Assembly (NCBI GenBank): GCA_963675745.2
Contig: CAXXWX010000016.1
Span: 96,001-160,000, forward strand
Source of the DNA: Phycisphaerae bacterium
GTDB taxonomy: Bacteria > Planctomycetota > Phycisphaerae > UBA1845 > Fen-1342
Reading direction: 5' to 3'
Length of the DNA: 64,000 nt
The notes under the pieces are model-generated. The model was not told where the DNA came from. It worked only from the letters and a program-made list of their open reading frames with translations, and did not search any database. Below, piece after piece: positions 60,801-64,000 of this stretch. Each line of letters opens with the position of its first letter. Position 1 is the first letter of the stretch. The position numbers and the translations under genes were made by a program.

Positions 60801-61189
60801 ATGCCCGCCGCCGCCCCGATGGCCTCGTCGAGCCCGAGCCCCTCAATGTACTCCATGACGTAGTAGGGGTAGCCTTCATCCGTTACGCCGCTGTCGTAGA
60901 GACTGACGATGCCCGGATGGCGCAGCGAGGCGATCAGGTCGATTTCGCGTTCGAAGCGCCGTCGCCGCGAGTCAGCGGCCCAGGCGCCGGCCAGCAGGAC
61001 TTTGATGGCCACCTTGCGCTTGGTGGAGAGCTGCTCGGCGGTGTAGACGATACCCTGGCCGCCACGCCCCAACTCGCGCGGATTGCCGTAGCCGGGTACG
61101 GTTGGAAGTCGCTCGCGGCGCGTCGTGTGTTGCTTGAGCGCGCCCAGGAGCTCGTCCGGATCTTGATACCACTCGGTCTTGTCGTTCAT
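57805..61189 (-). pseudogene. Membrane Ser/Thr kinase with long TPR array, split by a one-base insertion at GGGG 59631-59634 (real lesion or homopolymer error)
   Basis: LGRGGQG, VAIK, HRDLKPSN, LDFG, GSLPWASPEQ, TM helix. Removing one G gives EAEALCLAALEAARRLWGAEHVELAAC, joining ORFs 59585-61189 and 57805-59580. Confidence 0.85.
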
Positions 61190-61205
61190 CGCCCACCCGG
61201 CGGCA

Positions 61206-61796
61206 TCAACCCTCCTCCGCCACTTGCTGTTCGATCAACTCGGAGAGCCGCCTGGTGATGCGGGATTTGGCCTGGTATACCTGGTCGACGCTGAGTTCGA
61301 GTTCCTCGGCGGTCTCGCGCGCATCCCGCCCCTCGACCGCATATTGCTTAAACGCGCGAACATCGGTCTTGTTGCACTCGGCTTCGATGCTCCGCATCGC
61401 CTGGCGCAAGTGATATTGGCGCCATTCAATCTCCCAGGCCTCCTCGACGGCATGATCGTTGGTTGCGGCGCGGGTGGCCTCGTCGATGCGTGCCAGACCC
61501 ACCTCGCCGTGATCGCGCTGGTGCCGTTTGAAAATGCCGCGCAACGTGACGGTCTTGAGGTAGGAGCGGAACTTGCCTTTCGCCGGGTTATACTCGAAGC
61601 GCCCCATTGCCTGGCTGAGGGACAGCAGCACGTCTTGGGCTACGTCATCGCAATCAGCGGGTTGCAGGCCGCGTCGCCGTGCAAACCCGCGGATCAGTTC
61701 GCCGTAACGATCGTTGAACTCACGCCAGGCGGCCGCATCATTCTGATTCTTGATCCGGCCGAGCAGCGTGACATGTGTAGCGCTGTGCGAGTACAT
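61206..61796 (-). CDS. ECF RNA polymerase sigma factor (Ser/Thr-kinase-associated planctomycete type)
   Basis: THVTLLGRI...AWREF..RY, DDVAQDV, FEYNPAKGKFRSYL, VYQAKSRI; 16 nt upstream of the kinase gene. Confidence 0.9.
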   Translation of the reverse strand: MYSHSATHVTLLGRIKNQNDAAAWREFNDRYGELIRGFARRRGLQPADCDDVAQDVLLSLSQAMGRFEYNPAKGKFRSYLKTVTLRGIFKRHQRDHGEVGLARIDEATRAATNDHAVEEAWEIEWRQYHLRQAMRSIEAECNKTDVRAFKQYAVEGRDARETAEELELSVDQVYQAKSRITRRLSELIEQQVAEEG

Positions 61797-62004
61797 AGTT
61801 GGAGTATAATCGCAGTACCTGGCAAGTAGAATGCCGAACCACACCTGGCTATAACCTCAATCGCCCGCCGCGGCAGGCCACGGCGGGCGGTGTGTGTGGT
61901 GGCAACTCATCCCGAAAGCGGCTCCCCAGCATTCTCCCGGGCGTTTGTTGACCGCGATGTGGCCGCGACAGATCCCGCCGCGGCCACCCGGTTTGGATCG
62001 GCGT

Positions 62005-62268
62005 TTAGTACCAACCGTCGTCCCAGCCCCAGTCGTCGTCGCAGCTCCAGTCATCTTGGCAGTCGTAGCCGCAATACTCCTCGCCGGTGAACGAATCGGA
62101 CTCGAAGGATTCCAGAGCGCCGGCCAACTGCTGGCCGATGTCGAATCCCTGCTGGAAGCTGGCCATGAAGTCGTTGCAGCCGCCCATCGGGGCCGCGAAG
62201 AGCAGGCCGCCACCGAAGATGACCATGGTCGCAATACGCTGGACTTTGCTGTTGAGCGTCGAGAGCAT
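62005..62268 (-). CDS. Small lipoprotein-like protein with acidic Cys/Trp/Tyr-rich tail
   Basis: AAGGAGA RBS; hydrophobic core ending MGG-C; tail EEYCGYDCQDDWSCDDDWGWDDGWY. Confidence 0.65.
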   Translation of the reverse strand: MLSTLNSKVQRIATMVIFGGGLLFAAPMGGCNDFMASFQQGFDIGQQLAGALESFESDSFTGEEYCGYDCQDDWSCDDDWGWDDGWY

Positions 62269-62411
62269 CTTGAATCTCCTTGTGGGTTGCTTGGGTTACT
62301 TGAGTGGTCTGATGCACACTTCATGAACCCTTAGCAGCCGCGCGCGGGCGTTCTGACAAAAACCACGGGGATTTTTGAGCGTAAGGAGGATTGTCGCCGG
62401 TGAGTGATAAT

Positions 62412-62556
62412 GTGACGGCCGGCGTCTCGCGGGCGAACGATGTTGTAACGACCGGCGCCCCGCCGGCCGCCGATCAGCGCAACGCACCCGCGGCGCGCGA
62501 GATCCCCCGCCACACATCCGCGCCGTGCCGACGGCCTGCGAGGCGCAGGCCGCTAC
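62412..62556. repeat. REP cluster (degenerate copy, forward copy, inverted copy)
   Basis: GTAACGACCGGCGCCCCGCCGGCCG (62445-62469) and CGGCCTGCGAGGCGCAGGCCGCTAC (62532-62556). Confidence 0.75.
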
Positions 62557-62571
62557 AATTGCACTCGCGGA

Positions 62572-63999
62572 TCAGGCCAGGGCCGCGTCCAATCCCCGGG
62601 TCAGAGCGCGCAGGGCCGCGATCGAGTGCAGGCCGATAAAGTACTCGCGATCGCGCGCTATGCTATCCTGCCGCAGGCGCGTTTCGAGCGTCTCCACGCG
62701 GCCAACAACCTCGCGCCCGGTCGCCGGGTCACCGGCCAGCATTTCGGCGTTCGCTCCGCGGATGGCGTCGAACACGCGCCGGCGCGACACGTGGTCGTGC
62801 GGTTGCGCGGCACGCAGTGCGCCGGACTTACGGATCAGTTCGGTACGTCGCTCGGCCAAGGCCGCAGGCGCCTCAACGTAGCGCTGCGGATTGTAGCGGA
62901 TGTCGCGTGCGGCGTGTCGGGCATCGCGCAGTATTGCCGGGGTAGTACCGCTGTGCGACAGTGGCAGGCACAACGTGGCGCTGATGCAGCAGATGGGCGG
63001 GGCCGCGGCGTCAAAGAAACTCCCGACGAACTCATCCGTCACTTCGTCGTACTTCGCGCCGCCGATGCCGTGGATGAAGAGGTCGGCCAGAAACAGCCGC
63101 ACGAAACTGGAGAGCATCAAAGCCCGTGGGCGCAGTTGCCAGCCGTCGGCCTGGTGCGCCCAGGGCTGCGTGTGCCGTTCAGACGACGCCAGCGCGGCTT
63201 GCGACGTGGTGCTCACCAGCGCTTGGTCCGCATACAGGCGAATATCATCACCGGCCTCCTCAACAAAAAGCCGCGCGCGCGGTTGGCCGGCCCGGACCAG
63301 CCAGAACGGCAGTTCCACGCGCTGGTGCTCCACGATCAGTGGCGGAACCGGGCGCTGCGGGTTCCGCAACTTGTGACGTTGGCGATACGCCGCCTGGGCC
63401 CGGTTATGGTCGGCGGCAAAGGCGCGCGCGTTGAGAATCAGATGGGCGGCGAACGCGCGAAAGGCCTTGGTTTGCGCAAGAGCGGACATGCGGATCGGCG
63501 TTATACCCGTCAGCCCCAGCAGATCCTCAACCGCGCCGTGCCCGCGCTGAATCGCGGCGCAGTAATCCAGCTCACGCTCCCCTCCACCAAGCCACGCCTC
63601 GGCGAACCCCCCGAGCAACACCTCTTTGCGGTCGGGCAACAGCTCGGCAATGCGCGCAAAGCAAGCCTGCCACGCGGAACGCGAGAGCGGCGGTTGCATC
63701 TCCGCCGGCAAATGGCGATCGAGCCCCGGCAGCGGAATGCGAACACGCTCCAGCCCACTGGGAGTTTCGCGTGGCACCGTCAACTCGACGTGCTTGGGCA
63801 CGTCCGAGTCCGCCACCAGAAACAACGCCCGCGCCCCGCTACGCCGCGCCAGCGCATGGTTCGCTATCGTCTTGGCCAACACGCCGGCATGGACAAACTC
63901 CGGCTGGTGGCCGGTCATGACAACTTGCCCGCCCAGGCCGAGAGCGGCACGTAACTCCGCGCGCAACGCGCCGATTGTCGTGTCCAGCAAGGGTGAACG
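62572..63999 (-). CDS. Conserved hypothetical protein, BshC-like N-terminal motif; 5' partial
   Basis: Frame open to the window edge; MTGHQPEF.HAGVLAK, LRPRAL, FIHGIGGAKYD. Confidence 0.5.
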   Translation of the reverse strand, partial: RSPLLDTTIGALRAELRAALGLGGQVVMTGHQPEFVHAGVLAKTIANHALARRSGARALFLVADSDVPKHVELTVPRETPSGLERVRIPLPGLDRHLPAEMQPPLSRSAWQACFARIAELLPDRKEVLLGGFAEAWLGGGERELDYCAAIQRGHGAVEDLLGLTGITPIRMSALAQTKAFRAFAAHLILNARAFAADHNRAQAAYRQRHKLRNPQRPVPPLIVEHQRVELPFWLVRAGQPRARLFVEEAGDDIRLYADQALVSTTSQAALASSERHTQPWAHQADGWQLRPRALMLSSFVRLFLADLFIHGIGGAKYDEVTDEFVGSFFDAAAPPICCISATLCLPLSHSGTTPAILRDARHAARDIRYNPQRYVEAPAALAERRTELIRKSGALRAAQPHDHVSRRRVFDAIRGANAEMLAGDPATGREVVGRVETLETRLRQDSIARDREYFIGLHSIAALRALTRGLDAALA

Positions 64000-64000
64000 G

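Overview
GC-rich bacterial chromosomal window. Gene content points to Planctomycetota, most likely class Phycisphaerae (inference): GACC-repeat/GEVED/dockerin-like secreted proteins, a CPxCGYD zinc-finger membrane protein, an ECF sigma factor paired with a Ser/Thr kinase, and PEP-CTERM-type tails. Housekeeping genes are nusA, nth, type III glutamine synthetase, scpA, trpS, frr and a RidA-family gene. Envelope and secreted functions are a 4-PDZ HtrA plus a pseudoprotease, an active/inactive DUF3857-transglutaminase pair, a BNR propeller with a multiheme cytochrome, and a TolC/MFP/MacB-type exporter. Signalling genes are two Ser/Thr kinase-TPR genes, two PAS histidine kinases, a FixJ-like regulator, an ECF sigma and a STAS protein. 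There is also an MNT-HEPN toxin-antitoxin pair. No rRNA, tRNA, CRISPR array or transposase was seen. Most notable observations: (1) an intact orphan phage terminase large subunit with no other phage gene; (2) two unannotated micro-ORFs (27 and 15 aa, each with an RBS, same frame) divergent from a kinase-TPR/histidine-kinase operon; (3) a leader-peptide/anti-SD attenuator architecture before an ABC-F gene; (4) REP-like palindromes inserted in frame in nth and the ABC-F gene; (5) two single-base frameshifts. All family calls come from motif recognition by eye, without database searches.
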